Shown here in pieces: positions 8,650 through 20,672 of a stretch of 64,000 bases of DNA. A program made the position numbers and the translations under genes. Source of the DNA: a candidate division WOR-3 bacterium (GTDB lineage Bacteria > Hydrothermota > Tepidihabitantia > Tepidihabitantales > Tepidihabitantaceae); NCBI GenBank assembly GCA_026418295.1, contig JAOABP010000001.1:96094-160093 (forward strand). Reading direction: 5' to 3'. The first letter of the stretch is position 1. Each line of letters starts with the position of its first letter. The notes below the pieces were generated by a model. It did not search any database. It worked only from the letters and a program-made list of their open reading frames with translations, and was not told where the DNA came from.

Positions 8650-10602
8650 TCAGGGTCCCTCATCATAGATATCGTCGTAGCCCTCTGCCCAGTCGTGAAG
8701 CCAGTTCTGCTGGCGCAGCAGTTCCGGGTCAAGGGGGCTGTTGAACAGTGCGATACAGTATTTTCCGGACCAGGCGATCTCGTTATTTCTGATCGTCGGG
8801 CTTGAGGTGCGCACCACCACTTCGGCAGTTGCACCACCGCCCCCACCAAAAAACAGCTGACAGTGGTCAATGACAGTCCCGGAACCGGTATAGGGTGCAA
8901 ACTCCAGCGCCCGCCAGGAGCCGGGTGTTGTCGTATCACCGGTAAACCGGATTGAATCCGGCACCCCGATTGCAATCAGCTTGCCCGGACCCAGTTCGCC
9001 AATCCGCAGTCCGCAGTTGCGGGTGAACTGCAGTTCGACGCCGGGGTTGAGAAACAGCGCCGGTGCGAACGGAGAACCGACATCAACACTGCCGGTCAGA
9101 CGGTATGGTGCCTGGTGATTCTGCCAGACCGCATCCTGAGTAATGACACCTCCGACAACCTCAATATAATTTCTGCCATTCCCGTTCAGCCGGTTGCCCA
9201 CACCCATGGTGCTGACAAACTGGGCTTCAATATGGACCGGGAATGAGGCACAGCTGCTGATGGTATTGTTCTCAAACTGCTCAAATCCGGTGCCGATGCA
9301 GTAGATTCCGGCGCTGGCGCTGGCAACCAGTTCGGTTCCTGCTATCCTGACCGGGGCATAACAGATTATTGCCGCAACGCCATTTCCACCCGCATTTTCA
9401 ATCCGGCAGTCCTTGAACCGGCACTGCCCGGCTATGCTCCAGTTCCAGAACTCAATTCCTCCCCAGAAATTGCGGTCAATTCCGGCAAAGACGATTTCAC
9501 CGCTGCTGCCGTCTGCCACCAGACCGCCGGGTCTGCCCACTCCGATCCGGAGCCGGGCAGAATCGGCAAAAAGCAGAGAGCAGCCCGGGCTGATGAAAAC
9601 CACCGGTGCCGAGTCGCCGGCGACGGTGATGGTGCCGGTGACGAGATACGGGACATCCGGATTGGGCAGGTTAATGGTGCGCTCGATTGCGCCCGGTGTG
9701 ATGGTTATCCGGTCCAGCCGGTTACCGGTAAGACGGTTGCCGGCACCGAGCGTGCCTGCTGCCTGCGGGCTGAGCACCAGCGGTGCACCATCACAGCCGG
9801 TCACCGTATTATTCCGGAAGCTGCTGAATCCGGGTCCGGAGACGACAAGCCCGTTGCCGGCACTGCGACGGAAGATACTGTTTTCAATGCTGATCCGGCT
9901 GCTGTTGACTGCCAGTAATGCGCCATTACTGCCGCCAAACTCAAATATGCAGTTGTTCAGAATGCAGCTGCCCGCTTCGGCATGAGGGTTGAATTCAATC
10001 CGGTTCCAGCAGTTCAGACTGTCGCTGGCGGTGAACCGGACCGGCCGGGAAAGGGTGCCTTCTGCCCGCAATCCCGCCGGAGCGAAAGAGCCGACCGTAA
10101 TCGTGGCACCAGGACTGAGCCGGATTTCGGCACCGGCCTCAATCGTGAGCTGTGCCTCAACCCGCAAGGTTCCCAGCACATAATGGGGACTGGCATCAGC
10201 CCGCCACAGCTCATCACTGGTAATCGTTCCGGAATGATAGCTGCCGGGCAGGGGAAAGCTGAGGAACTCGACCGGCGGGGAGCTGTCGCAGTTACCGGCA
10301 CGGTCGTAGGCGATTGCCAGCAGCGTGTGCACCGTTCCTGCCGGATAACTGCCACCGTCAAACACAAATTCAAACAGGGTGTCTCTGCCCAGGGAATCGG
10401 CAGCGATCAGCGAGTCGTCAACTGTCAGCTGTACCAGCCGGACCTGCTGGTCATCGTTTGCCACGACCAGAATGGTATCAGCACCGGCGAGTGTGTCGCC
10501 TTCCTGCGGAAAGACAATCCGGATACGGGGCGGGGTTATGTCCGGTTGCGGGCAGCCGGCAAGCAGCAGTCCGGCAGCAAGAAGCCAGACCCGCCTTACC
10601 AT
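8650..10602 (-). CDS. Lipoprotein with Ig-like domain and right-handed beta-helix repeats
   Basis: Lipobox LAG-C; DITPPRIRIVFP...HTLLAIAYDRAGN Ig-like domain; three repeats of PY.V.G.....L.I.PG..L.F. Confidence 0.7.
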   Translation of the reverse strand: MVRRVWLLAAGLLLAGCPQPDITPPRIRIVFPQEGDTLAGADTILVVANDDQQVRLVQLTVDDSLIAADSLGRDTLFEFVFDGGSYPAGTVHTLLAIAYDRAGNCDSSPPVEFLSFPLPGSYHSGTITSDELWRADASPHYVLGTLRVEAQLTIEAGAEIRLSPGATITVGSFAPAGLRAEGTLSRPVRFTASDSLNCWNRIEFNPHAEAGSCILNNCIFEFGGSNGALLAVNSSRISIENSIFRRSAGNGLVVSGPGFSSFRNNTVTGCDGAPLVLSPQAAGTLGAGNRLTGNRLDRITITPGAIERTINLPNPDVPYLVTGTITVAGDSAPVVFISPGCSLLFADSARLRIGVGRPGGLVADGSSGEIVFAGIDRNFWGGIEFWNWSIAGQCRFKDCRIENAGGNGVAAIICYAPVRIAGTELVASASAGIYCIGTGFEQFENNTISSCASFPVHIEAQFVSTMGVGNRLNGNGRNYIEVVGGVITQDAVWQNHQAPYRLTGSVDVGSPFAPALFLNPGVELQFTRNCGLRIGELGPGKLIAIGVPDSIRFTGDTTTPGSWRALEFAPYTGSGTVIDHCQLFFGGGGGATAEVVVRTSSPTIRNNEIAWSGKYCIALFNSPLDPELLRQQNWLHDWAEGYDDIYDEGP

Positions 10603-11399
10603 ATCTTGCCGAAGGAATCAAAGACCCAGCTTCCCTGCTCCTGCCGGAGATAGAGCTCCAGACTGCGGTAGCGCCGGAGTGCCGATCTGCCGGCAGGGGA
10701 AACCGGATAGAAGTCAACCACCGCCAGTGCCAGCGTGCCGAAGATCCGCAGCTGACCCAGCTGGAGGAAGTAGGGGATGGTGCGGGGCAGGCGGGTTCGG
10801 GGGTCAAGCTCGGCGCTCAGCCAGCGGACCGGACGGGAGCGGAGGAAGGAGAGTGATTCCGGAGGAAAGAGGGGCTGAAGGATGAATATCGTATCGGGCA
10901 GATTCAGGCGCTGAGCACGGATTCTTTTCAGGCTTTCGTAGCCGAGCGCATGGTCCAGTGCCGCCAGTGCCAGCTGGCGCATTGCCGGTGTGTCCCGGGA
11001 GCCGAACTGGAAATCCGGGTTCAGGATATTGGAGATCCAGACAAGCTGCCAGCCGGAGTCGGAAAAGAGCCAGTTCTGATACAGATAGTCGTTTTCCTCC
11101 TCACCGGCAAAGCGGAGATAGGTGGATACATGGGCACCCCGGCCCCGGGTATCAACCACCTGCGGCTGGATCCGGTTGATGCGCCGGTTCTGATGCCAGA
11201 CCCGGACCGCGGAGTCAAAGCGGGCAAACGGGATCTCCCGGCGGAATGCGGGCACAAACAGCCGGTAGATGGTCCGGCTGTCGCCGTTGACCAGGGCGTT
11301 GCACACCTGCTGCACCTTGAGTTCAAGCTGATATTCCGGCTTGGGTTCGGTTGCCCAGACCGCGGTCAGGGCAAAGAGTAGAGGGTAGATTTTCAGCAA
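10596..11399 (-). CDS. Secreted hypothetical protein (NTF2-like N-terminal region possible)
   Basis: 267-aa ORF with signal-peptide-like N-terminus; TTG start abuts the tRNA-Asp 3' end; overlaps the next gene. Confidence 0.6.
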   Translation of the reverse strand: MLKIYPLLFALTAVWATEPKPEYQLELKVQQVCNALVNGDSRTIYRLFVPAFRREIPFARFDSAVRVWHQNRRINRIQPQVVDTRGRGAHVSTYLRFAGEEENDYLYQNWLFSDSGWQLVWISNILNPDFQFGSRDTPAMRQLALAALDHALGYESLKRIRAQRLNLPDTIFILQPLFPPESLSFLRSRPVRWLSAELDPRTRLPRTIPYFLQLGQLRIFGTLALAVVDFYPVSPAGRSALRRYRSLELYLRQEQGSWVFDSFGKIW

Positions 11400-11474
11400 C
11401 GGGCCCGACCAGATTTGAACTGGCGATCTTCGCCGTGACAGGGCGACGTGTTAACCAGGCTACACTACGGGCCC
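11400..11474 (-). tRNA. tRNA-Asp(GTC), CCA not encoded
   Basis: GGGCCCGTAGTGTAGCCTGGTTAACACGTCGCCCTGTCACGGCGAAGATCGCCAGTTCAAATCTGGTCGGGCCCG cloverleaf; upstream TTGACA promoter. Confidence 0.95.
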
Positions 11475-11584
11475 GATGTTTAATGATAATAAATTTACCC
11501 CTGAATGTCAAATAGGTTTAACAAGGTTTGTTTGACTGCTGCCCGGCGCACAATATAATTGACTGAAGCAAACTGGAGGCAAAT

Positions 11585-12130
11585 TTGGACCGGGAAACTG
11601 CCTGGAACCTGATTAACAGTTCGGTGAAGAATCAGAATCTGATCAAGCATATGCTGGCAACCGAAGCCTGCCTGCGGGCGCTGGCACGGCGGCTGGGTCA
11701 GGATGAGGAAAAATGGGGGCTTGCCGGTCTGGTTCATGACCTGGATTATGAGCAGACCAAGGATGATCCGGCAAGCCATGCGATGGTCGCCGCCCAGATT
11801 CTTGCGGGTCACAATGTTGACCCGGAGGTGGTGCAGGCGGTCAAGGCACATTCGGGCAATGTTGAGCCGGTTTCACTGCTGGACAAGGCGATCGTAGCCA
11901 CCGATCCGGTAACCGGTCTGATTGTTGCGGCGGCGCTGATGCACCCGACGAAGAAACTGGCAAATGTGGACACCGATTTTGTCCTGCGCCGGTTCAAGGA
12001 CCGGCGGTTTGCTGCGGGTGCGAACCGGGAGCAGATTCAGCGCTGCTCCGAACTGGGGCTGTCGCTTGAGGAGTTTGTCACCATCTGTCTCGGGGCGATG
12101 CAGTGCATCGCGGGTCAGCTCGGGCTGTAA
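11585..12130 (+). CDS. HDIG/HD-domain metal-dependent phosphohydrolase
   Basis: KHMLA...[12 protein letters not shown]...H...DPVTGLI...FAAGANRE; SD GGAGG. Confidence 0.85.
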   Translation: MDRETAWNLINSSVKNQNLIKHMLATEACLRALARRLGQDEEKWGLAGLVHDLDYEQTKDDPASHAMVAAQILAGHNVDPEVVQAVKAHSGNVEPVSLLDKAIVATDPVTGLIVAAALMHPTKKLANVDTDFVLRRFKDRRFAAGANREQIQRCSELGLSLEEFVTICLGAMQCIAGQLGL

Positions 12131-12132
12131 TT

Positions 12133-13005
12133 ATGTCCGGTAAACCGCTTACTTTTCAGGAACTGATCCTCAAACTTCAGCAATACTGGGCAGACCGGGG
12201 TTGTGCGGTCCTTTCCCCCTACAACTCCGAGGTCGGTGCCGGTACCTTCAATCCCGCAACCTTTCTCCGGGTCCTGGACTCCAGACCCTGGAATGTGGTC
12301 TACTGCGAGCCTTCAAAAAGGCCCCGGGATGGCAGATATGCCCAGAATCCGCTCCGGGTCCAGCAGTTCTGGCAGCTGCAGGTGATCCTCAAGCCCGCGC
12401 CCGCCGATGTCCAGGACCGGTATCTGCAGAGCCTGGCGGCGATCGGCATCGACCTGAAGAAGAATGACATCCGGTTCACCGAGGATGACTGGGAGTCGCC
12501 GACGCTCGGTGCCTGGGGTCTGGGCTGGCAGGTGGAGCTGAATGGAATTGAGATCACCCAGTTCACCTATTTCCAGCAGTGCGGTTCAATTGACCTGAAG
12601 GTGATTCCGGTGGAGCTGACCTACGGGCTGGAGCGGATTGCGATGTTCATCCAGAATGTCAGCTCGATCTTTGATGTCCGCTGGAATGACAGTCTGACCT
12701 GGGGTGATGTCTACCGGCAGAATGAGGAGGAGTTCTCCTGCTACAACTTTGAGCAGGCGGATGTGGAGCTGCACCGGTATCTGTTTGACCGGTACGAGCA
12801 GGAGGCACAGCGGCTCCTGAAACTGGGGCTGGTCTATCCCGGCTATGACTGTGTGATCAAGTGCTCCCACTTCTTCAATATGCTGGAGGCCCGGGGTGCG
12901 ATCAGCGTCACCGAGCGCCAGAACTACATCGCCCGGGTCCGGCGAATTGCCCGCCAGGCAGCGCTTGCCTATCTTGCCAAGGTTGAGCCCGAGCCGGGAA
13001 AATAA
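12133..13005 (+). CDS. glyQ: Glycine--tRNA ligase alpha subunit
   Basis: [54 protein letters not shown]. Confidence 0.97.
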   Translation: MSGKPLTFQELILKLQQYWADRGCAVLSPYNSEVGAGTFNPATFLRVLDSRPWNVVYCEPSKRPRDGRYAQNPLRVQQFWQLQVILKPAPADVQDRYLQSLAAIGIDLKKNDIRFTEDDWESPTLGAWGLGWQVELNGIEITQFTYFQQCGSIDLKVIPVELTYGLERIAMFIQNVSSIFDVRWNDSLTWGDVYRQNEEEFSCYNFEQADVELHRYLFDRYEQEAQRLLKLGLVYPGYDCVIKCSHFFNMLEARGAISVTERQNYIARVRRIARQAALAYLAKVEPEPGK

Positions 13006-13068
13006 GAACCCGTCCGTTTAACCGTTTTTTTAATTTCTCCCCGCGGTAAATTTTACATAAAAAAATGG

Positions 13069-13134
13069 TGTCGGGAGCAGGGAAACAAGGGGGTATTTTG
13101 GTGGGTTGGGAAGGAGGGATACCTGCTCCCGACA
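13069..13134 (-). terminator. Long-loop inverted repeat between convergent glyQ and clpB (probable clpB terminator)
   Basis: 13-bp perfect IR tgtcgggagcagg/cctgctcccgaca with 40-nt loop; T-run follows on the minus strand. Confidence 0.5.
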
Positions 13135-13151
13135 AAACTCCAGATTGTAAA

Positions 13152-15698
<2,547 letters not shown>

Positions 15699-15850
15699 AC
15701 TCAATTATTTAGACTGCCTCGTTATCCTCTCCGGTGCAGCGTTTTTCCGGCAGAAAACCCGTTCAGCGCCGGCTTTACCGGTGATGCGGGGGTAAAGGCG
15801 TGGTTTTGCTTTTACAAATGAAGTAAGCTGATATTTTTAGATGGGCAAGA

Positions 15851-18613
15851 TTAAGAAATTATACGTTGTACAAGATCAGAAAATTCCGGTATTTTACCTT
15901 CATACTCCCTTTTAAACTCTTCAAATTCACTCTGATAGATCTTTATAAATTTCCAATCGCATCCGGTCAGAGTGCTGATTCTTTCACACCAGGTTTTTAT
16001 CGCTTTGTCCTTCTGTTCGGCATCCTCATACTCTCGGCCCCGTGTTTCAATGATCCAGTGAACTTCTTTTCCATTGCCGGTTTGAACGGCTACAAAGTCA
16101 GGAAAGTAGAGTCTGATTGCTCCCCGGGAACTCAGATAGTCAACAGAAAACAGGTTCGCAAGTGCGGCAAAGCGGCTGATGTCGGGGCAGCGGTCAAGAA
16201 ATTTTGCAAACTCCTCTTCATAGTTGTTGTAGACAGCGACGAAGTTGAATACAGTTTTTTTGCATCGGACATGTTTTCTCCTCCAGGTGAAATCAGGGAA
16301 TTCAGAGAGTCTTATCTTGGTTATACCAGTGGCAGCCTTTCGGGTTTCAACTGAGATCATCCCCAGCTCTTTTGCCAGAGTGTCGACGATTGCCTCCTGA
16401 ACGGAAATATCATTCAGGTTTTTTCTTAATCTGACATCTTCGATATCCCTGATTTTGGTTTCGAAGCATCTTTCAAGTATGTATCGTTCTATTATCGGAT
16501 AAAGGACATTAAAGTCGCAGGCAATCCTTGCCCTTTTGCGGACCTCTTTTGTAATGTAGGCCACGAGCTCCCTGCCGGCAGGGTAGATCTCTGGTACAAT
16601 AACTGCTTTATGGACCTCAGTCATGGTAAAGGGGAACTCCATCTTTAACAGGATCTTTTTTGTTTCATCAAGCTTGTCCGAATTATAAACCGGGGGAATT
16701 TTCTGGGGATCCAGTTCTTCGAGCTTTTTGTAGTTTCTTACCAGACTCGGTTCAGTCTGGGGAATTGCTATGTCGTACTCCAGCCTTGATCTCTCGTGCG
16801 AAATAATTATCGGCAGTGGCGGCGGGATCTTTACTGTGTTGATCCCGACCCCTTCCTTCTCCAGTTCCCGGACGAACGCCTCAAAAGCCTGAGTGCCGAT
16901 TACCTCAAGTGTCTGAGTGTGAGCAGGACTGACACCCCGCATCAGCCTCAAGCCCCGGCCGATTGCCTGTTCGGGCAGAATCTCCGCCTTGGAGGTGAAC
17001 GGTCTCAGCCCCAGGACGATGGTGACATTCTGGACATCCCATCCTTCCCGCAGCATCAGGTTGCTGACGATTATCTTCACCTCATTATCCGGTTCGTCAA
17101 CCTGGCGCACCAGCTGCCTCAAAACCGGCAGATCTTTTTCTGAAATCTTGATCTCGGTTTCTGCCGCTGCCCCCTCCCGGGATTTAACATGGATGACAAT
17201 CACCTCCTTATCGGGAGAGCGGAATCCCAGGTCCTTTCTTTTTCTTATCGCCATGGCAATTTGATCGGCATAATCGTTTCTTTCCGCCATGATAAAGAGC
17301 ACGGGTTTTTTGCCGACAGCCGAGTAAGTTTTATAATGTTCACGCCATCGTTCCAGCGCCGCACTGATCCAGTCCCCGTATTTCTGAATGACATTGTCCC
17401 TGGTTATGTCTTCCGGGTCCTTCCGGTCTACCCGGTGAACAATCAGAGGTACCTTGACGATCCGGTCTTCAACCGCCTGAGCAAGTGGATAGTCAACGAT
17501 TATCCAGGGGTAATAGGTTCCGGTCTGGGTTTTCGGTGTGGCGGAGAAATCAAGCCAGAGGTTTACTCCGCCTGGGAGCGAATTGTGGATACTCATCAGG
17601 GTCTGATGCCATTTCAGCTCCTCATCGTGAACATGATGGGCCTCATCGTTAATTACCATCAGGCTGCTGAGTTTCTTTATTCTATCGGTCAGGGTTTCGG
17701 AGGACTTTGTCAGATCCTTCTGGGGAGCTTCTCCGAGAATTTCCTCAAGGATGTTTTCCGGAGAAAAGTCAGCACTTCTTGACTCATACAACTGCTGGAT
17801 GTTGTTTACGATCAGATTGCCGGACGGGTTCAGAGGTGAGTCATCCTCCCGCAGTGTAACCCTGATTTGCCAGTTCGGCCGCCAGGCAGGAGGGATCAGC
17901 GGCAGGTTATAAAATATTCTGCTGTCGACAAAATCCTTGGCCAGCCTTTCATAGACAATAACATTGGGCGCAATAATCAGGAAATTATCGGGATACCTTT
18001 TGTCCTTTTCCCTCAGCCGGTTGAAATAGGACCAGACGATGATCAGAGCCATCGCATAAGTCTTGCCCGTGCCGGTTGCCATCTTGAAGGCGTATCTCAA
18101 TAATCCCTTTTCCGGCAGATCCTGCTCGCCCTGCTGCTGCAGTTCCGGAAAGTAGCGGATGATTTTTCTCCTGCCCTGCAGGTCTTCGGCAAATTCAACC
18201 GCATTCTGAAACAGGTCCTTTCTGAAATTTTCGGCGTAATTTCTGATTACCGGTTCAAGGTCGTCAAACTTTCTTACTTCAAAAAGGTAGATCAGGGTTT
18301 CCACCGCCTCCCGCTGGCAGAACCAGTAGCGGAACAGTTCGCCATTGATCATGTGGTCGTTGAAAAACCAGAAATAGAGCAGTTCCCGGGTGGTTTCGGT
18401 TATGCCCGGATAGTCCTCGTCGCGCCATCGGTCAACTTCGGACCTTAACTTATTAACCAGCAGCATCCTGCTGGGTCTGCGGCCTTCCACCACCTTGTAG
18501 GAGTTTTCTCCGTCGTTGACAAGATGGGAGGCAGGTTTGCTGGACGGATCCCGGTCTTCGATATAAGGCAGGGTTTTATCATACTGAATCCAGGTTCTCG
18601 GCGGCTGTGCCAT
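15851..18613 (-). CDS. res: Type III restriction enzyme Res subunit (SF2 helicase + PD-(D/E)XK domain)
   Basis: FKMATGTGKT, INDEAHH, MLREGWDV, EQAIGRGLR, FPDFV...IIETRG. Confidence 0.88.
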   Translation of the reverse strand: MAQPPRTWIQYDKTLPYIEDRDPSSKPASHLVNDGENSYKVVEGRRPSRMLLVNKLRSEVDRWRDEDYPGITETTRELLYFWFFNDHMINGELFRYWFCQREAVETLIYLFEVRKFDDLEPVIRNYAENFRKDLFQNAVEFAEDLQGRRKIIRYFPELQQQGEQDLPEKGLLRYAFKMATGTGKTYAMALIIVWSYFNRLREKDKRYPDNFLIIAPNVIVYERLAKDFVDSRIFYNLPLIPPAWRPNWQIRVTLREDDSPLNPSGNLIVNNIQQLYESRSADFSPENILEEILGEAPQKDLTKSSETLTDRIKKLSSLMVINDEAHHVHDEELKWHQTLMSIHNSLPGGVNLWLDFSATPKTQTGTYYPWIIVDYPLAQAVEDRIVKVPLIVHRVDRKDPEDITRDNVIQKYGDWISAALERWREHYKTYSAVGKKPVLFIMAERNDYADQIAMAIRKRKDLGFRSPDKEVIVIHVKSREGAAAETEIKISEKDLPVLRQLVRQVDEPDNEVKIIVSNLMLREGWDVQNVTIVLGLRPFTSKAEILPEQAIGRGLRLMRGVSPAHTQTLEVIGTQAFEAFVRELEKEGVGINTVKIPPPLPIIISHERSRLEYDIAIPQTEPSLVRNYKKLEELDPQKIPPVYNSDKLDETKKILLKMEFPFTMTEVHKAVIVPEIYPAGRELVAYITKEVRKRARIACDFNVLYPIIERYILERCFETKIRDIEDVRLRKNLNDISVQEAIVDTLAKELGMISVETRKAATGITKIRLSEFPDFTWRRKHVRCKKTVFNFVAVYNNYEEEFAKFLDRCPDISRFAALANLFSVDYLSSRGAIRLYFPDFVAVQTGNGKEVHWIIETRGREYEDAEQKDKAIKTWCERISTLTGCDWKFIKIYQSEFEEFKREYEGKIPEFSDLVQRIIS

Positions 18614-20671
18614 TTATTTTACCTCCACTTCATAGATCTGCGAGGTGTCAATGCCAAAGATGTCAATGACCTTCACATAGATCCGGTAGCGGCCCGCCTT
18701 TTCGTAGGAGTGGGTTGCCTTCAGGTTCAGGCTCCGGTCCTTTCTGGTCCGGTAGGATGTCCAGCCGTTATGAAAGGTGTCGTTTTTGAAATCAAAGTCC
18801 ACCGCCCAGTAGTCAATCCAGTCGCTCCATTTCCTGATTTTGTCTCTGACCTCCTCCGGAATCAGATCGGTATGGGGAATTACGAAGTCTTTCAGTTCAA
18901 CCGTCACCTGCTTTCCGGTAATTTTTATGTCAGCCTTGAAATGGGCGAGTTCAAAGAACTGGATATCACCACGGCGAACCGCCTCCGTGTCCAGAACATC
19001 CATGGGAATGATTCTGAGCTTCAGTTTTACCCCTTCTTTCCGGGCAATCTCCTGAATGGCATCGTTCAGGCCCATTTCCCATTCCCAGCCGAGGATGTGG
19101 AGTTCGCGCTGCCCCTGGGACTTGCATTCTCTGATTGCGTCAATGCACTCCTGAATTGTGACCGGGGAGTCAACCGCACCGACATAAATCAGGGCGTTGG
19201 ATTTCCTGCCATGGAGGTGGGTAAAGCCGGAAATCGGCTCGGCACCGTAAAGCTTCAGGATGAAGGTCAGGTATTCATAGAGCGCCTGCTTCTCGTCCTT
19301 GCCGGAAAAGGTTTTTACCTGCCAGAGCTGGCGTTCATACTTACCCAGGTTCAGGATTTCAAAAGGCCTTGCCTTTTTGCCATACTTCTTGCCCTCATTT
19401 TCCAGATCCCTGGAGTTTTCAATTTCCAGAAGGCGTTTTCTGGTAATGTGAATGGCATAGCGGGACAGGTCGCAGCCGATCCAGCGCCTGCCCAGTTTTT
19501 CCGCAACCGCCAGTGTTGTACCTGAACCGCAGAAGAAGTCGGCAACGAGGTCTCCGGGGTTCGAGGAGGCAAGAATGATGCGTGTTAATAATTCTTCTGA
19601 TTTCTGAGTTCTAAAGTTCTCAGTGTAGTCGTACCCTTTGATGTCTAACCAGTTGTTATCGCATATGGCTTCTGCTTGAGGCGGTATCCAATAGACTGGT
19701 TTTGCGTCCCCAAACCGCCAAACGAACTCTAAATTTTTACCAGTGCGTATCCAGTATTCTTCCAAACTTTCGGCCGTTTTCTTGCTTTCTTTTAGATATC
19801 TTTTGTAATTTTCTACAGCTTTATAAGCTCGTTCCTTTGACCATTTCCATTGTCCCTTAGTTATATTAACACCAAGTAATTCATATCTCATTGTAGGGCG
19901 GTCGGCGTTGTTCCACATACTCTGCCACCTTCCAACCTTCTGATATTCCGCAGATTTTCTCAATGGCGGATTGAATATTGCATTTGGATTTTTGGAATAC
20001 CAGAGAAGATAGTCATTGAATATATTCATTCTTTTAAAGTCTACAAATTGATACTGTAAATTTTTTGTCTGCCCCCTCCTTGTAATTATCTCATTCCTGA
20101 AATTCTCATACCCGAAAATCTCATCCATCATCACCTTCACATAATGGCCCACATGCCAGTCCAGATGGACATAGATCGAGCCGTTTTCCGCCAGAAGTTC
20201 CCGCATCAGAACCAGCCGTTCATACATCATCTGAAGATATGAGTCCAGCCCCTTTCCCCAGGTGTCGCGGTATGCCTTTTCTTCAATAACGGAGTGTTCC
20301 TTTGCGACCTCCTCCGCCTCTTCGCCAATCTGGATTTTGAACTTGAAGTCGGCGCCGGTGGCAAACGGCGGGTCAATGTAGATAAGATTTATTTTCCCGG
20401 CAAATTTCTCCAGCAGTGAGGACATCACCAGCTTGTTATCGCCCCAGATGAGTTTGTTGCGCCAGCCCTGTTCAAATGTATCCCCCTCTTCACCTTTCCA
20501 GTAGTCAAAGAGAGTTCCCAGCGGTTTTTCCCGGCCGGTTCTCGGCTTATTTATTACCTCCACCATCTGGAAGGGGTAGGGACCGGGTCTTTCAACCGGC
20601 CGGCGGTTGCCGTCTTCGTCGTATTTGCCGAGCCAGACAAGTTCTGTTCTGTTGATTTCTATTCTGGCCAT
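18614..20671 (-). CDS. mod: Type III Mod subunit, beta-class amino-methyltransferase
   Basis: LIYIDPPF (motif IV) before DFFCGSGTT (motif I), TRD between them; adjacent to res. Confidence 0.9.
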   Translation of the reverse strand: MARIEINRTELVWLGKYDEDGNRRPVERPGPYPFQMVEVINKPRTGREKPLGTLFDYWKGEEGDTFEQGWRNKLIWGDNKLVMSSLLEKFAGKINLIYIDPPFATGADFKFKIQIGEEAEEVAKEHSVIEEKAYRDTWGKGLDSYLQMMYERLVLMRELLAENGSIYVHLDWHVGHYVKVMMDEIFGYENFRNEIITRRGQTKNLQYQFVDFKRMNIFNDYLLWYSKNPNAIFNPPLRKSAEYQKVGRWQSMWNNADRPTMRYELLGVNITKGQWKWSKERAYKAVENYKRYLKESKKTAESLEEYWIRTGKNLEFVWRFGDAKPVYWIPPQAEAICDNNWLDIKGYDYTENFRTQKSEELLTRIILASSNPGDLVADFFCGSGTTLAVAEKLGRRWIGCDLSRYAIHITRKRLLEIENSRDLENEGKKYGKKARPFEILNLGKYERQLWQVKTFSGKDEKQALYEYLTFILKLYGAEPISGFTHLHGRKSNALIYVGAVDSPVTIQECIDAIRECKSQGQRELHILGWEWEMGLNDAIQEIARKEGVKLKLRIIPMDVLDTEAVRRGDIQFFELAHFKADIKITGKQVTVELKDFVIPHTDLIPEEVRDKIRKWSDWIDYWAVDFDFKNDTFHNGWTSYRTRKDRSLNLKATHSYEKAGRYRIYVKVIDIFGIDTSQIYEVEVK

Positions 20672-20672
20672 T

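Noticed and set aside
15705-15850. CIRCE or CtsR operator upstream of clpB
   Set aside because: No TTAGCACTC-N9-GAGTGCTAA or GGTCAAA direct repeat found.
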